Positions 36,511 to 49,961 are shown, counted from the whole stretch's first letter. The stretch: 61,269 nucleotides of DNA, filler included, from Squatina squatina (GCA_031763465.1; 4 parts of 4 records of this genome joined end to end with filler, not necessarily neighbours in it), one strand, 5' to 3'. Notes: generated from the letters alone by a model not told the origin. Numbers and translations are program-made.

Positions 36511-37215
36511 CACCAAGCGTCTTGCTCACCCTGATAACACAAATACACAGGCCCAGAAGCTGGAAGTCTTGGTTTCATCATTCTGATAATTACTGTTATT
36601 GTCAAAGTTCAGTTCAGTCTCCACATAGTAAGCACATTACATACCTCAGTACAAGTTCAACCATGTGGAGATTGCAGCAGATATCCACTTTCACAACATC
36701 CTGTACATAATGGGGAAAACTTTAATCACCTGAGCCTCTAATATTTGATGTTTACCAGTCAAACTAATATTTTAAAAGTTCTAGGCTACAAATTTCTGCA
36801 ATGGGTCACATAAGTTAACATTCCCAAAAGGCTATTGACGCGTAAACTGGTATTGCATGAAAGCTTAACTGTGCATGTGTATCAGATAATGTCACAAGAT
36901 CTATTATGTAATTATTAACCCAGGGGCAATGTATGACCTAATTCAGCAAGCTGCAGATTTCAACAACAACTTTATGTAGTGCCCTTCACATAACAGAATG
37001 CCTTAGAGCATTTTGCTTTGGAGGGCAGTTGGTGGGGTGGGGGGGAGACTGGAGGGGGTTGCTGAAAGCAAAGTTGAAGAGATAACCTTTAAAGAGACTT
37101 TTGAGCAAGTCAAAATGGGTCTAGAAGAAGCTTCCAAAGAGCAGAACAGCTAAGAGATTGGCCTCCGGTGGTGGAAAGGAAGGACTGGGATGATTCCCTG
37201 AAATCGCATCATCAA

Positions 37216-37409
37216 TAGGGTGACTAAATTTTCATGACCCTAAACCAGGCCAATCGGGCAATCAGGGACACGATGTCCCAGTTTTTTTGCACAGACCTGA
37301 CTGCATATGCACAGCCAGGTCTCCGTCGAGACCGGGACATTTGAGCCATTTTCAGGTAAATGTCGGGTTTCCTGAAAAACCAGGCAAACCGGGTTGTCTG
37401 GGTACCCTA
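37216..37409. mobile_element. Non-autonomous hAT (Blackjack-like) element
   Basis: TIRs TAGGGTGAC and GGTACCCTA. 8-bp TSD ATCATCAA / ATAATCAA (7 of 8 match). One GACTGCATATGCACAG unit. Confidence 0.75.
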
Positions 37410-37446
37410 ATAATCAAGTGCTAACATTTGATGTTAGAGAGACTAA

Positions 37447-37871
37447 AGTGCAGATTTTAACTCATTTTGCTCCCAGGAAATGGGGCAGCAATAGAGATAA
37501 AATCAGGATGATCGGTTTGCAGCTCCATTCCCGCTCTGCCACCATTTCTCCTGGGGCCTTCCGCTTTATGGCCCAGGCGCCCGTCAACTGTGTGGCGCAT
37601 GCCAAGTAGATGCTCCATTCAGTAANNNNNNNNNNNNNNNNNNNNNNNNNNNNNNNNNNNNNNNNNNNNNNNNNNNNNNNNNNNNNNNNNNNNNNNNNNN
37701 NNNNNNNNNNNNNNNNNNNNNNNNNGGCAAGTGTTCAAATTATCTTTGCAGGGCCAGGGGCAGCTGGAGTGCTCCTCCAGACTCCACAAGAATAATGCAG
37801 GCTGCTGCTTCTACAGGCTCCCCTGGCCCTGCAAACACACGGGCTGGCCACCCAATAGTTAAAATCACCCT
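37447..37871. mobile_element. GC-rich MITE-like element ends spanning a gap
   Basis: GCAGATTTTAAC ... GTTAAAATCACCC termini. Confidence 0.45.
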
Positions 37872-39243
37872 TAAGACTGGAGTCTGGAGAGTTGAAACCA
37901 CCAGTGTTCCGACACAATGGAGAAACTGAGGGCTGATTGGTTCTTAGAGCCGCTAGTCCCACCTTCCAAATTATCTCATTGCTTCATACCAAAAATCTCC
38001 AATTCCAGTGGGAAAAAAGTTGATTTTTCTTGTGAATTACAGGTAAGTTGATACATGGACTAATCAGATTATAGCATCGGCAATTGACATGGATGCCTTC
38101 CTCAAGCACACCCACCCCTTCTTCAACAGTGCAACAGCTTTTATGGAGTATATTTTCTTCCGTTCATCAATGTTAGCAAAAAGCCTTATTGGAGGTTGAA
38201 ATTAAGTAATAGTAGGAAAAAAAAACACCATAGGGCTTTATTGGCACACAAACCAGGCAGGTTATAGTGTGATAATTGAATAATCCTAAATGAATATAAA
38301 CAAAAGGCTCCTAAATACACAGATTTGCCAGTTTTCCAGCAGTGCTTCCTAGAATGTTTCAAGAACAGCAAACATCACTGTAGTGACAGTCAATCTGATA
38401 TATCACTCATTATTACACATGAAAAGATCACATAGCTCACATGACTCACCATTCATATACTGGAGCTGTTCCATTTCTCACTAATCCATTATCAGGTTAT
38501 ACAACAGAGCCTAAGTTAAAGAACTATTATCATTAGGTTGTCATTCAAATGTCAAAATAGGACTGAGCGTGAATATTCATTGGTTATACAACAAAATACA
38601 GTGTATTCCTTTCAATGGCAAGTTCTCTATAAAAGTAGAATTAGAAGTGGATTCAGAGTCACATAATCAATGCCCGCCCCTTCCCCCCGCCCATGCTTAA
38701 TATTTGTGTTGCCAATATTCCTTTAGCTGTGACTTCTCAGCAGAAATGCTACAACTGATTAAATATAAGTGATGGGGAGTTGTTTACTTTGTTCAGATGC
38801 CAGCGTAAAAATTCCCACCACTTGACCTTGGAATTATCAACTGCTGCATCAGGCTGACATAACTGCTCGATATCGATCTCCGGTTGATTTCAGCTATTAT
38901 TTAGAAAACATCAGGCAAGTCATTTCCTACCTTCTCACACAAGAATGAACTTGAGGGCAGGTTGCTACAAGGTCCTGAGGGAACTGCATTCAGTTTAGAT
39001 CATTCTGACCTAAATGAAATTAGATCTTGCAGGGTCTGAAAGTACATACAGTCCTGCAGACGGTTCGATCTATCATCAAGAAGCGAGAAAGAGGCAGAGT
39101 ATCGCCTTGTTCAACAGCCGTAAACTCTCATGTCTTGGACTTATGGATCAGGGTGTCTGTCAGCTTTATGAGACACTCTTTTACAGGGGCCCTCCACTTG
39201 TAAACAAGGGCCTGGGATTTTCATGCTATTTCCAGCGTAATAC

Positions 39244-39371
39244 CATAAGAAATAGGAACAGGGATAGACCACTCCACCCCTCGAGCCTGCTCCACCATTC
39301 AATAAGATCATGGCTGATCCGACATTCCTCAAGTCCACTTTCCTGCCCTTTCCCCATAACCCTTGATTCCC
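39244..39371 (-). mobile_element. CR1 3' tail
   Basis: CATAAGAAATAGGAACAGG...CCATTCAATAAGATCATGGCTGATC. Confidence 0.8.
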
Positions 39372-39854
39372 NNNNNNNNNNNNNNNNNNNNNNNNNNNNN
39401 NNNNNNNNNNNNNNNNNNNNNNNNNNNNNNNNNNNNNNNNNNNNNNNNNNNNNNNNNNNNNNNNNNNNNNNATGACAGCAGCAATTACTTGTATAAGTAC
39501 TCACAGAGTGGTCTGACTAAAGGAATAACAAACTGCTGAGAAATATTAGCACTGATTGAAATAAAAGTAAGAAATTGGCTCAGCTAGTAGAGGACATTGA
39601 TCTAATCAGCAAAGTCATCCCTTTCTCAATGCTATACTGTGACTGGATGAAAGAGAGTGCATCAAATGCCCTTAGTTTATCACGATTCCAGTACACAACA
39701 TATAACACTCCATCTAGTGGACCAAATGTGCACTAATGAGATGCATGCTGGCATTCACTGTCATGTTTCAATCATTTCAACTGTGGACCAATGTATAGTC
39801 ATAGCTGCACTGAAAAATTTCTAAAAAATCATCCATTGGATTTTTTTAATTAAA

Positions 39855-39965
39855 GAAAAAGACTTGCATTTCTGTGGCATCTTTCATGGCCTCAAGACGT
39901 CCCAAAGCACTTTACAGCCAATTAAGCACTTTTGAAGTTTAGTTACTGTTGTAATGTAGGAAACT
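39855..39965 (-). mobile_element. Deu-SINE 3' tail fragment
   Basis: AAAGACTTGCATTT...GACGTCCCAAAGCACTTTACAGCCAAT...GTAATGTAGGAAAC. Confidence 0.7.
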
Positions 39966-42756
39966 ACATTTAATATAAATTCTTACCCAACTTAGGCAAA
40001 ATGATGGAAAAAACAGATTCACCACAGTACTTGGAGTAAACCATGACAAGAAACTGCGATATAAAGTTAGTCATTTGCCTAGTTCAGTGAAACCTTGATC
40101 CACCAGTCAAACTTGCTGGAATAGTTACCTTGGAACATCTGTGACTCAGAATCTTGTAAAATATGCATCCAGTATTAAGACCATAAATAGCAGCCACTTC
40201 AGAGATAAAAGAATGATTACTTTTTCCCATGGATATGGAATGGCCAAACCCCAAAAGCAGTTGAATATGTTGTCATTAAATAAATTCCATTTGCAGTCTT
40301 CATTGTAAATGTACGGTTTCTTGTTCAGAATGTTGAGTGTAAATATTATGAAAGCCCTTCCCACTGTATAATTAGGTCATGAGAATCATAACACAAACAA
40401 ATTATTTTGGTAACTTGGGCTGATTACAATCAAAACACAAATTACAGAGACTGTTTATATATTTTCCAAATTTTCAAAGCACATCTTATTCCTCAACTTT
40501 ATTTTAGTTTTACTCATTCTCCACAGTCAACTGAATATCTCCCCCTTTTACTGGAATGTGTAAGGATTGGTGCAAGATCGACGTGGCAATGACCTCAACA
40601 TAAAAAACTGAGACAACAGTGTCACCCTTCATTTTTGGTTGGTCTCCAATACAGGCAATATAAATCTGTAGTGTATTTTTGGAGAATTCCATATGTGATA
40701 ATTTCAAAGAACCTATTGGGGTTGAAATCACACTGCACAATGTTAGTAATGAACGCACAGACACACTCACGTGAAATTCCTCTGTCCCTTATTTTAACAG
40801 AGATGTTACTCCATTTAAAGCCTTTAATTAAATAGTGGGCAAAAGAACTTCATACAAATGTATCAATGCATGTATTGCTAATATAACTTGAACCCAATAG
40901 AACTTTTTAAGATTTTCCCAAAACATTTTCTACATCAATAATAGCCAAAGTGATGGTTATGTATTTTTCACGCATATTGTAGCGCAGGTACCACCAGNNN
41001 NNNNNNNNNNNNNNNNNNNNNNNNNNNNNNNNNNNNNNNNNNNNNNNNNNNNNNNNNNNNNNNNNNNNNNNNNNNNNNNNNNNNNNNNNNNNNNNNNACC
41101 ATGATATAAGCAATGTTCTTATGAAACAGTTCCTTCCCTTGTTTTTTTTTCACTGTCTCGCTTGACTATCTCTTTTTGAAAGTTCTTGACAAACTCATTA
41201 ATTTGTCTACACTGCCAATACACTGTCAGACAAATGTTTGAATAATCCTAAAAGAGGTTTGTATTTGAATTGAATGGCTTGAGTCCTCCCATGGACATTA
41301 AGCACAGATATATTGACAAAACTCTGTAACAGTTCCATAAATTTAAACTGAGTTGTTATTTCTGTGAATAAAGCTGCTTCTTAGCTCCTTATGTACCATG
41401 ACAAAAATTGCCATGCTATACCTTAGACAAAAATATTTTGTCACTGCAACATCTGCTTGAATGGGTTCTAAGAGCCTTCAGTCATGCCTTTCAAATAATC
41501 CAATCGATTGATAATAGCAACAACAAATCCTAGTGAGAAAGCTGAATTTTCTTCTAAAACACAAACAAACTGACATGTGAGTTGAAACATTAACTATCAA
41601 AATGGCGATTGTTGACATACATAATTGTGCCTCAACCCCATCCTCAGAAAAGCACCCACTCATGTACCACTGTTTCATTTCTCACAACAGCAATCCTGTG
41701 CCCTCTTTGAGTGAGATTGCTAGTTTAGTCTCAGTTTTCTTCAGTCAGCACAAGCTCATTTTACACACCAACTTTAGATTCAATAAAACAAGGGAGACTT
41801 TTGTTCCACCTGTGTATGTTGGATTGAAGACAGCTCCCAAGGCTGAAATGCCAGTGTGCTAACCCTATGCATCCCCAGTAATGTATTGTTTAATCTCCTG
41901 ACGGACTGGTCGAATAGGTTTCTTGGTTTTTATGTGGAGATGTATTAACAGCTAATGGTGACCTACAGAAGCATGGCACTGGTGGACTTGAGAAGGAAAG
42001 TGGTGACAGACTCGAGGAAGAAAGCAAAAAACAGCAAGGCTACAACATCAAAACTGAGGAGTGAAGCTGTGAGTTCCAAAGTTTGTTTAGTCTTTCTACA
42101 GTAGTTACCAGTTCTGTCTATGTTATTTCTGGTATTCATTTAGAAAATCGGAAAAAAAACATATCCCCCTGAGTTACAGTAGTCGTTACAGTTAGTGGCT
42201 CTGGCTCATATTAAGTCAGAGGCCTGTATAGGGGGACTGAGTGATGCAGAGGGATATCACTCTGGAGCTAGGCTCAGATTTAAACAAGTCTGATGAAATT
42301 AAAGATTCTTTTCTCTGCTGGTTATATGGATCTTATGTGAAATAAGTTTGGGCAGCTAACATGAGCACATGTAGAATAAAGTTCCAACGTCCCCAACAAT
42401 GTGCTAGTGCTTAGTGTACCACTATGCCATTTTCATTTCTGGCACCAGCCATGCTTGGGTGTGTGTGCCAGATTAATCTCTCATTATGCATAGTTTTGTG
42501 CTGTGGACCAAGAATTGGCTTGAGACAACTCTCAATCATCCAACTGGGATAGATTCAAATCCAAGTTGAAGAGGTGAAATTATAGTTCTCACCCTGTGCC
42601 ATGTTTGGTGTTTTAAATATGTTAAATATCTGTTTCCACTTATAGGTTTGTATTCTGATTTTCTTTGCTCCAGATAAGCAATAATATAATCAGGATGCAA
42701 ATAGTAATTCCTACCATTTATATCCATTTTAATTTTACTTAGGTGCAGTATATCAG

Positions 42757-43181
42757 ATAGAATCATGGGATCATAGAATCATAGAAATCCACAACAGAGA
42801 AGGAGGCCATTCGGCCCATCATGTCCGTGCCGGCCGACAAAGAGCTATCCAGTCTAATCCCACTTTCCAGCTCTTGGTCCATAGCCTTGTAGGTTACAGC
42901 ACTTCAAATGCATATCCAAGCACTTTTCAAATGTTGAGGGTTTCTGCCTCTACCACCCTTTCAGGCAGAGTTCCCAATCCCCACCACCATCTGGGTGAAA
43001 AGAATTCTCCTCAAATCCCCTCTAAACCTCTGACCAATTACTTTATGCCCCCTGGCTATTAACCCCTCTGCTAAGGGAAATAGGCCCTTCCTATTCACTC
43101 TATCTAGGCCCCTCATAATTTTATACACCTCAAGTAGGCCTTCCCTCAGCCTCCTCTGTTCCAAAAAAACCAATCCCAGCC
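42757..43181 (-). mobile_element. CR1 ORF2 C-terminus and tail
   Basis: LGLVFLEQRRLREGLLEVYKIMRGLDRV...RGHK. Short tandem tail repeats read ATCATAGA on the plus strand. Confidence 0.88.
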
Positions 43182-46100
43182 NNNNNNNNNNNNNNNNNNN
43201 NNNNNNNNNNNNNNNNNNNNNNNNNNNNNNNNNNNNNNNNNNNNNNNNNNNNNNNNNNNNNNNNNNNNNNNNNNNNNNNNNGAGATAGGGTGGGGTGGGG
43301 GTGAGGCCATGGAGGGATTTCTGCAATCGATTTGAAATTGAACTCACCCAGTCTAAGTCACCCTCCTTCTCAGCCCTTCTATTTATTTCTCAATCCTTAA
43401 ATCTCTTTAGTTTGTCCTGTTGTTCACCAAGGCCCCAGATGCCCTGTTGTCCTCACTGCACCATTATCAGCTCGCACTTCCAGCAACTGTGTGGGTCAAA
43501 ATTTTTTTATACCTAAACGTACATGAACAATTCTAACCAGTGGAACACGCTCCTGCAAATTCTGGTCCATTTAGTTTAAAAAGAAATCATGTCTTCTAAT
43601 TGAAGGACAATTAGAATCTACATAGACAGGACAGGTGCTGCATAACTGCTTTTATTTACAAAAGATCAGTAGTCCAAGACGCCTGATCGACAATGCTGCA
43701 GATGTACAGTTTCAAATAAGATAGCCATCTCCTTCTGTCCACATCTATAGAACCTGTGGGCTGAAATAAGCACTTTTTTCCACTGGCTCACTTGTTTTTC
43801 TCCCACTTGAGGACACTAACTCTTGATGGGTATGGTTCTATGTGTGCAAAGACATACAACTACAGGGGACACACCTTTTATAAGTTAAATGCAAAAACAT
43901 TTGCAAATGGCGGGCAAACATCACACAATCAAACCTCCAGGAATACCTCCAACCAGAAATGGCAATTCTAATGATAATGTGTACAATAGTTTGCATACTG
44001 TCCCATAACTTTGAAAATGAAGCAGAATTGGATGGTCGCTGTCATTTCCAATAGCTCTGAACTGGTTCCTGTTTACAGATCAGACTCTCTACCTCTAACT
44101 TATGCACATGACAATCTGGAACACCAAGATGAGAGTTGAGGGTGAAGGGGGCAGAAGTCAAGGAAATGTCTCAAAAGGGTGATGGGAAATAACACGTATT
44201 TAGATTTGAAAAAGGAATGCGGGTTACAAGAGAAAAGAAGTAATCAAATCTGCTAGTTAAAAATAACAAAGTATTGTACTTCTCACACTAATAACTTTTA
44301 TTTGTGGAGTAATTTTCAGTGCCTCTACTATTCTAAAATATTGTCAGTAAAGCATAGAACAAACCTTTGTATTTTGTGATGTGTTGTTAATTATGATGGA
44401 ACAAAATGTTTAAAACAAAAAGGTAATCCAGGAGGCACAGTTCATACAGAAACGCTGCATTTCATTGAATTCTGAAAATTGTGACTCCCAAGCCTTTTCT
44501 CAACTGGCAGAAAATAACGTTGGACAGCTGCATACGATTATAAACATATGTCATGCCAAGCTCAGCGAGCTAATCAAGAGAGCAAAGTACCATTGGTTTC
44601 TGACACTGAACACCCCTCAGACTCTAAGTGACGATATCTACTCTCAGAAAGTCGTGTTTATTGAGGTATTTTTGTTCTCATTATGAGCTGTCATAAATAT
44701 TTTGGTATTGCATTCCAAAGTTGTAAAAGTAGAAATGATATTGACTATGCTGTAAAATTCCCTCAAATGTGGAAGTCTCTTGTCCAAATTCTTNNNNNNN
44801 NNNNNNNNNNNNNNNNNNNNNNNNNNNNNNNNNNNNNNNNNNNNNNNNNNNNNNNNNNNNNNNNNNNNNNNNNNNNNNNNNNNNNNNNNNNNNCTTGGGC
44901 CCCCTTGGTGTTAAAGAAATAACCCAATACCCGGATAACCAAGATAAAAATGAAAACTAGAGCAAATTTGAGATTCTGAAGCATAAACAAGTAAAAATAG
45001 TGGCAGTTTGGTACTATAGTACAAAACTACTACTTATTTTATGTAAATTAACGCATGAATTGATAATTTTATTCGGGCAGAATGATGCTTTGGTCCGAAG
45101 TGGAAAAGTTCACATTGGTGCAATGGAGGTTATTTTTCTGAGGCGGAGATTAAGGTTCAGAGTAGAGGAAGTTTTGTGCTACATCGAACTGTGCAAAAGC
45201 TGACTTGGCATGCTGATTAAGTGTGGGTGGAGAAGTGGCAAGAGATGTGCGAGGACAGAGAGCCAGGCTGTTGCGCACCAGCATGGGCGGGAATTGCGCA
45301 TACAAATCTTGTTAATGTGCAACAGAACATTGTTAGGACAATCATGACAGGAGTGCTGAATCCAACACTGAGAGTTAAACAGGTTCTGACAATTTTGGCT
45401 GGAATTGTGCAACAGTGAAAGTCAATGGCCATTGAACAGTGGGAAGTAAAGCACAAACTCGGTGGCTGTTGTGAACTGCCAATGTCATACTTTTGCTGTT
45501 TTACGTCACGAACGTTCACATTCACATTTGTTGTCAATTGCCATCACATATAAATTTGTAATTACAAAACAATTGGAAAACTGGATTTCTTGCCTATTTT
45601 CTCATTTCCACTGGTTACGAGAACTACACTAGTCTCTTGGTTTCTGTTTAAGCTATTTAGAACTGGTATGTAGAAATGTCAGCATTAGGGAACTGTTGGA
45701 GCAGTGAGATTTATGATCAAAAAGAGTGAGATAGACCAGAAATCTATTTAAACCCGTAGAGCTGTGTTTATTTTTACAACAAAGTAAGTTTATATTTTTT
45801 TAACCAAAAGGAGTGAAACTCATTCTAAATGAATGAGACTTACTAGGTCTGCAGCATTTCATTGGTATTCTTGTACATTGAACATGGATGTGTTAGAAAG
45901 AAAATGCCCATAGTGAACATGAAATATAAAAGAGAACAAACTAAGCTGTGCTTCAGGGACTGTGGATATCTTATTCCCCTATTGATACACTGTAAGCCAA
46001 ACTTTCACCATGCGCAGAGCTACAGCAGGTCAGAAAAAGCTTAGGTGTGTCTGCTTTCAAAGTTGTATAGAGCAATATTGCCATACTTGATAATATATTA

Positions 46101-46579
46101 CCTGGAATGTTAGTTTGTGTCTAAAGTGATTTAAAGATGATTATTGTTAGATTATTCTCTCAGGGTTGAATTAAATGCAGAGGATTTACCCAGTCTGCCG
46201 GTCACTGTTACATGGTCATCTGCTAATGGCTAGATAATTCAATTCCCTCAGAGCAAGCCGTTTAAAGTTTGTAGCATGCTTAAATGGGATTAGGAGTCTG
46301 CCCTCACACAATAAAGAGCTTTCTACATTATTTTGATTCCTCCTTTATTAAATTTCCCTATGTCGCCAAACAGGGTTTTCGTCTAGGAGGATCAGGGCAT
46401 TTGTCAGGTACTTTTAACAGAACAGAACTGCCCATGCCAGTTATCCCATCTGTACCTCTCTCTCATTGCCTGATGGAAAGGCCGTTGGTGCCTCACACCA
46501 GTTGATGCTTCGTGAGGGCACTACCTTTAGAATGGCCAGCCATTCCGAGACACTTCTCACAAGCTGCCTGTCTCATATT

Positions 46580-46896
46580 TAGGGGCCGAAATTTGCCTCT
46601 TTTAATGTCCCATTAGCGCCTCCGAGGGGCGCTAATGGGATGTAAAAAAAAAAAGGCGTCGGGAGGCTGCCATCTCGCCTCCCCCAAAATTCGGCTGGGT
46701 TGCAAAGGATTTTGACGTCATCAAGAAGCGCGCCGACCCGCACCACACAACCGCAACGCCCTTGATGTCCGTTTGCGTCCCTCCAGTGAAATTCATGGAA
46801 ATTAATGGAGGCGGCCGCAGCGCGGGGCGATCACAGCGACAGGAAAAGCTGTCACTGCAACAGGCTCCTTAAAGGGGAGGGCGTCTGTGCCTCTGG
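46580..46896. mobile_element. CpG-rich MITE-like element end
   Basis: Starts GGGGCCGAAATT. Internal palindrome CCCATTAGCGCC...GGCGCTAATGGG. Truncated by a gap. Confidence 0.5.
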
Positions 46897-46940
46897 NNNN
46901 NNNNNNNNNNNNNNNNNNNNNNNNNNNNNNNNNNNNNNNN

Positions 46941-46952
46941 TTAATTAATTAA
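46941..46952. other. Artificial assembly linker inside an N gap
   Basis: TTAATTAATTAA centred in a 100-nt gap. Confidence 0.92.
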
Positions 46953-48199
46953 NNNNNNNNNNNNNNNNNNNNNNNNNNNNNNNNNNNNNNNNNNNNGATT
47001 CTTTGAATGACCTTTTCGGTTCCCAGAGCCTCTTCCCGCATTGATTTCCCAGCTCCGGCCAGAGTTAAAATTGCAGTTGGGTCTAATAATTTAATCGATC
47101 CCCGATCTGCATCTTTAAAGAAGGACACCACTGGCTTCAGGCAGGTGCTTTTGCCACTTGTTCAGAAGAGCCAGTTAAAATGGAGGAAGGTGGGACATCG
47201 GCAGGTAAGTCAATCCGCCTTCCGACGGGCAGGTCGACTTAAAATCACCCCCAGGGAGTTTGCCTGCAATCGTGGCCAGTATTCTTTATTCCACCAGCAA
47301 AAAAAAACCGCCAACTATTTAACTGGTCATTGCTGTTTCTGCGGAATTGGACTGCATGCAGCAAGTAATGCTGAACTAGCTTTTGTGCTGACTTGTGAAA
47401 ATATTACTGTGCATTATCAGGGCGTATCAAGAGATGCCTGTTAAATGGCCTACTTTATTTAACCAGTGTTGATTTATAAATGTAGGCAAGCTCACATGTT
47501 GCCCACATCCTTTTAAGTCGGGACATCTTTTGTGGTTTGTGTCCTTTTTGTTTGCTCTTGCAGGCNNNNNNNNNNNNNNNNNNNNNNNNNNNNNNNNNNN
47601 NNNNNNNNNNNNNNNNNNNNNNNNNNNNNNNNNNNNNNNNNNNNNNNNNNNNNNNNNNNNNNNNNTAGCACCAGGATTCCTTCAATGTGCTGTAGTGCTA
47701 GAACAGTGGGTGGGGCATTGGTATCAAGTCTTATTGAAAGGACAGCACCTCCCAGAAATGCAGCACTGCCTCATTACGGCATTGCAAAGTCATCTTGGAT
47801 TGTGTGGTCAAACAACTGATAATGGGGATTGCTCTGAACCTTGAGACTTGCGAACTACAGTGCCACCAACCAAACCAAGCTGATGCGCTCATGTTGGGTA
47901 AGAGCATTTGTATTGTTTGGATCTTGCAGTCTCAGTGATGTGATTACTACAGGATAAGCTGTTTCAGTGGCTGTGACTGCCAAGAGAAATTTACCCAGAA
48001 TGTGGTTGCCATGATGCATTGCTGAAAAGAAATGTAAGCAGTTTCATATTTCAGAAAGCTTGTTGAAATTGTTGCAATCAAGCATTTACCTGCTAGATGG
48101 ACTGGATTGTTGTATTCCACAGTTGTCACTGAACTATGATTGGCAGTCTTCTACCTCCTGATACCACTGATTTTCCTCTTTCCCGTATTTGCTTTGTAG

Positions 48200-48419
48200 A
48201 TTATGGATGCACCTGATGGACACAGGGCACCCTTCCCTTCCCAACGATACAGCAGCAGTTCTCAGAGCGACCCCTCGCCTATACCTCTTGAACAGACCAG
48301 TGGCTATAGTAGTCCCTCTCCATATCCGTCCCCATCCCCTTCTCCTTCATATCCAAATGGAATCCAGGAAGAGGGGCCTTGTATAATAGAAGATGTATCA
48401 TTTTTTGTTCGGGACAAAG
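48200..48419 (+). CDS. FAM117A: FAM117A (GLCCI1/FAM117 family), antepenultimate coding exon
   Basis: tttgctttgtag|220 nt|gtgaga. IMDAPDGHRAPFP...RDK matches the family motif DIPDGHRAP. Ends in phase 1, compatible with the next exon. Confidence 0.88.
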
Positions 48420-49630
48420 GTGAGATCATGGTTCACAGATGTGGGAAATTTTTCCATTTTAGAATAAAATGTAATCTAACTATAATACTGTGGAGGAAGG
48501 AATCCTGGAATGTGTACGAGATGGTTTTCTAGATCAGGATGTTGAGGAACCTACTAGGGAACAGGCTAATTTAGATCTTGTATTNNNNNNNNNNNNNNNN
48601 NNNNNNNNNNNNNNNNNNNNNNNNNNNNNNNNNNNNNNNNNNNNNNNNNNNNNNNNNNNNNNNNNNNNNNNNNNNNNNNNNNNNCCCCTCCTGGAGGTGC
48701 TGACTCATGCAGGGTATGGCTACACAGTTGCAAACAGCTTTCTACTACTATGGTTATGCATTTGTTCTCCATTGTGATGCTGCACAGTGAGTGTCAGCAA
48801 GCTCTTTGACGGTGATGTGCATTGGAGCCAAGCTTAATCCTGCATTTGCCTGATGTGCGCAAGACAAAGATGTAAAAGCCCAATGGCAGCCCTGGCTGAG
48901 TTCCGATTTATTTATTTTGCATTTTTGTTTGTCCTCTTTGAAATAGCAGGATATGCGAAACAGCATTTAGCAATGTATGGGCTACAATACTTATAAATTG
49001 AGTAACCTATGGAACATTACAAATTAGGCTAGCAAGAGTGCAAGGCAATATTCACATGGCAGTCCTTTTGGGGAGTCAATTCCTGTTGCAGCTTTTCTCC
49101 AGCCGTAAGCCTTCTGTTGTGTAACTGATACTCTGGAACTTTTTTGCAATGTTTCTTCCAGGTTTTTGCAGGGTGTCTCATCCTTGTTCCAAGTTACAGT
49201 TCAACCTTATTCAATGCTATATTTTTCTTTTGGACCGTTAACTACGCTTTGACTGTCTATATTTGTAAACCTAAACAATCCAGTTGAGTGGTCAGCAGTA
49301 ATGTATTAATATTCTCAACCAACAAAGATGTGAAATTAGATTAACTAGTATTTACTACATTAAATTATAGATGGTTTGTTTTATTTACAGCTTATCATGC
49401 ATTGACTCCCAAATGTTTTAAGGTTTTCAGTGACCTGTTTTGTGTGGAGGCAATGCTGGATATTCCCTTCTGAGGAATGGTGTTCCATACAGAAATATGG
49501 AAAAACTGCTTATTTGGGGGGAAAATATGCATCTGACTTAAGTTGCCTTACAGTTCTCATCACTCTGGTTTCCCCTCCTTTGGACTTCATCTAATCATCC
49601 AACAAAAACTTGGGATATTCTCACTTCTGA

Positions 49631-49837
<207 letters not shown>

Positions 49838-49879
49838 TAAGTAAAAGATCTGCAGCTAAATAATTGAGTGTTTTCTCAC

Positions 49880-49961
49880 TTGGGAAGAGATTTATGTATA
49901 GTAAAATATTTATTTTACGGTTGGGAAGAGCTTTATGTATGTTAAAATATTCACTTTACGG
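49880..49961 (+). repeat. 41-bp tandem duplication (2 copies)
   Basis: TTGGGAAGAGATTTATGTATAGTAAAATATTTATTTTACGG followed by TTGGGAAGAGCTTTATGTATGTTAAAATATTCACTTTACGG. Confidence 0.85.

Noticed and set aside
39030-39160. TVRSIIKK reading reminiscent of a Tc1 transposase helix-turn-helix
   Set aside because: The match is too short, with no TIRs or further transposase motifs.
45179-45537. Cluster of ORFs on both strands
   Set aside because: No recognisable protein, no convincing splice-site pair, and no match to the missing FAM117A exons.
46580-46896. CpG-rich patches (also about 24040-24310 and 53385-53631) as promoter CpG islands
   Set aside because: They have repeat-like termini or palindromes and sit at or near contig edges, so mobile elements explain them better. 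No first exon is visible.
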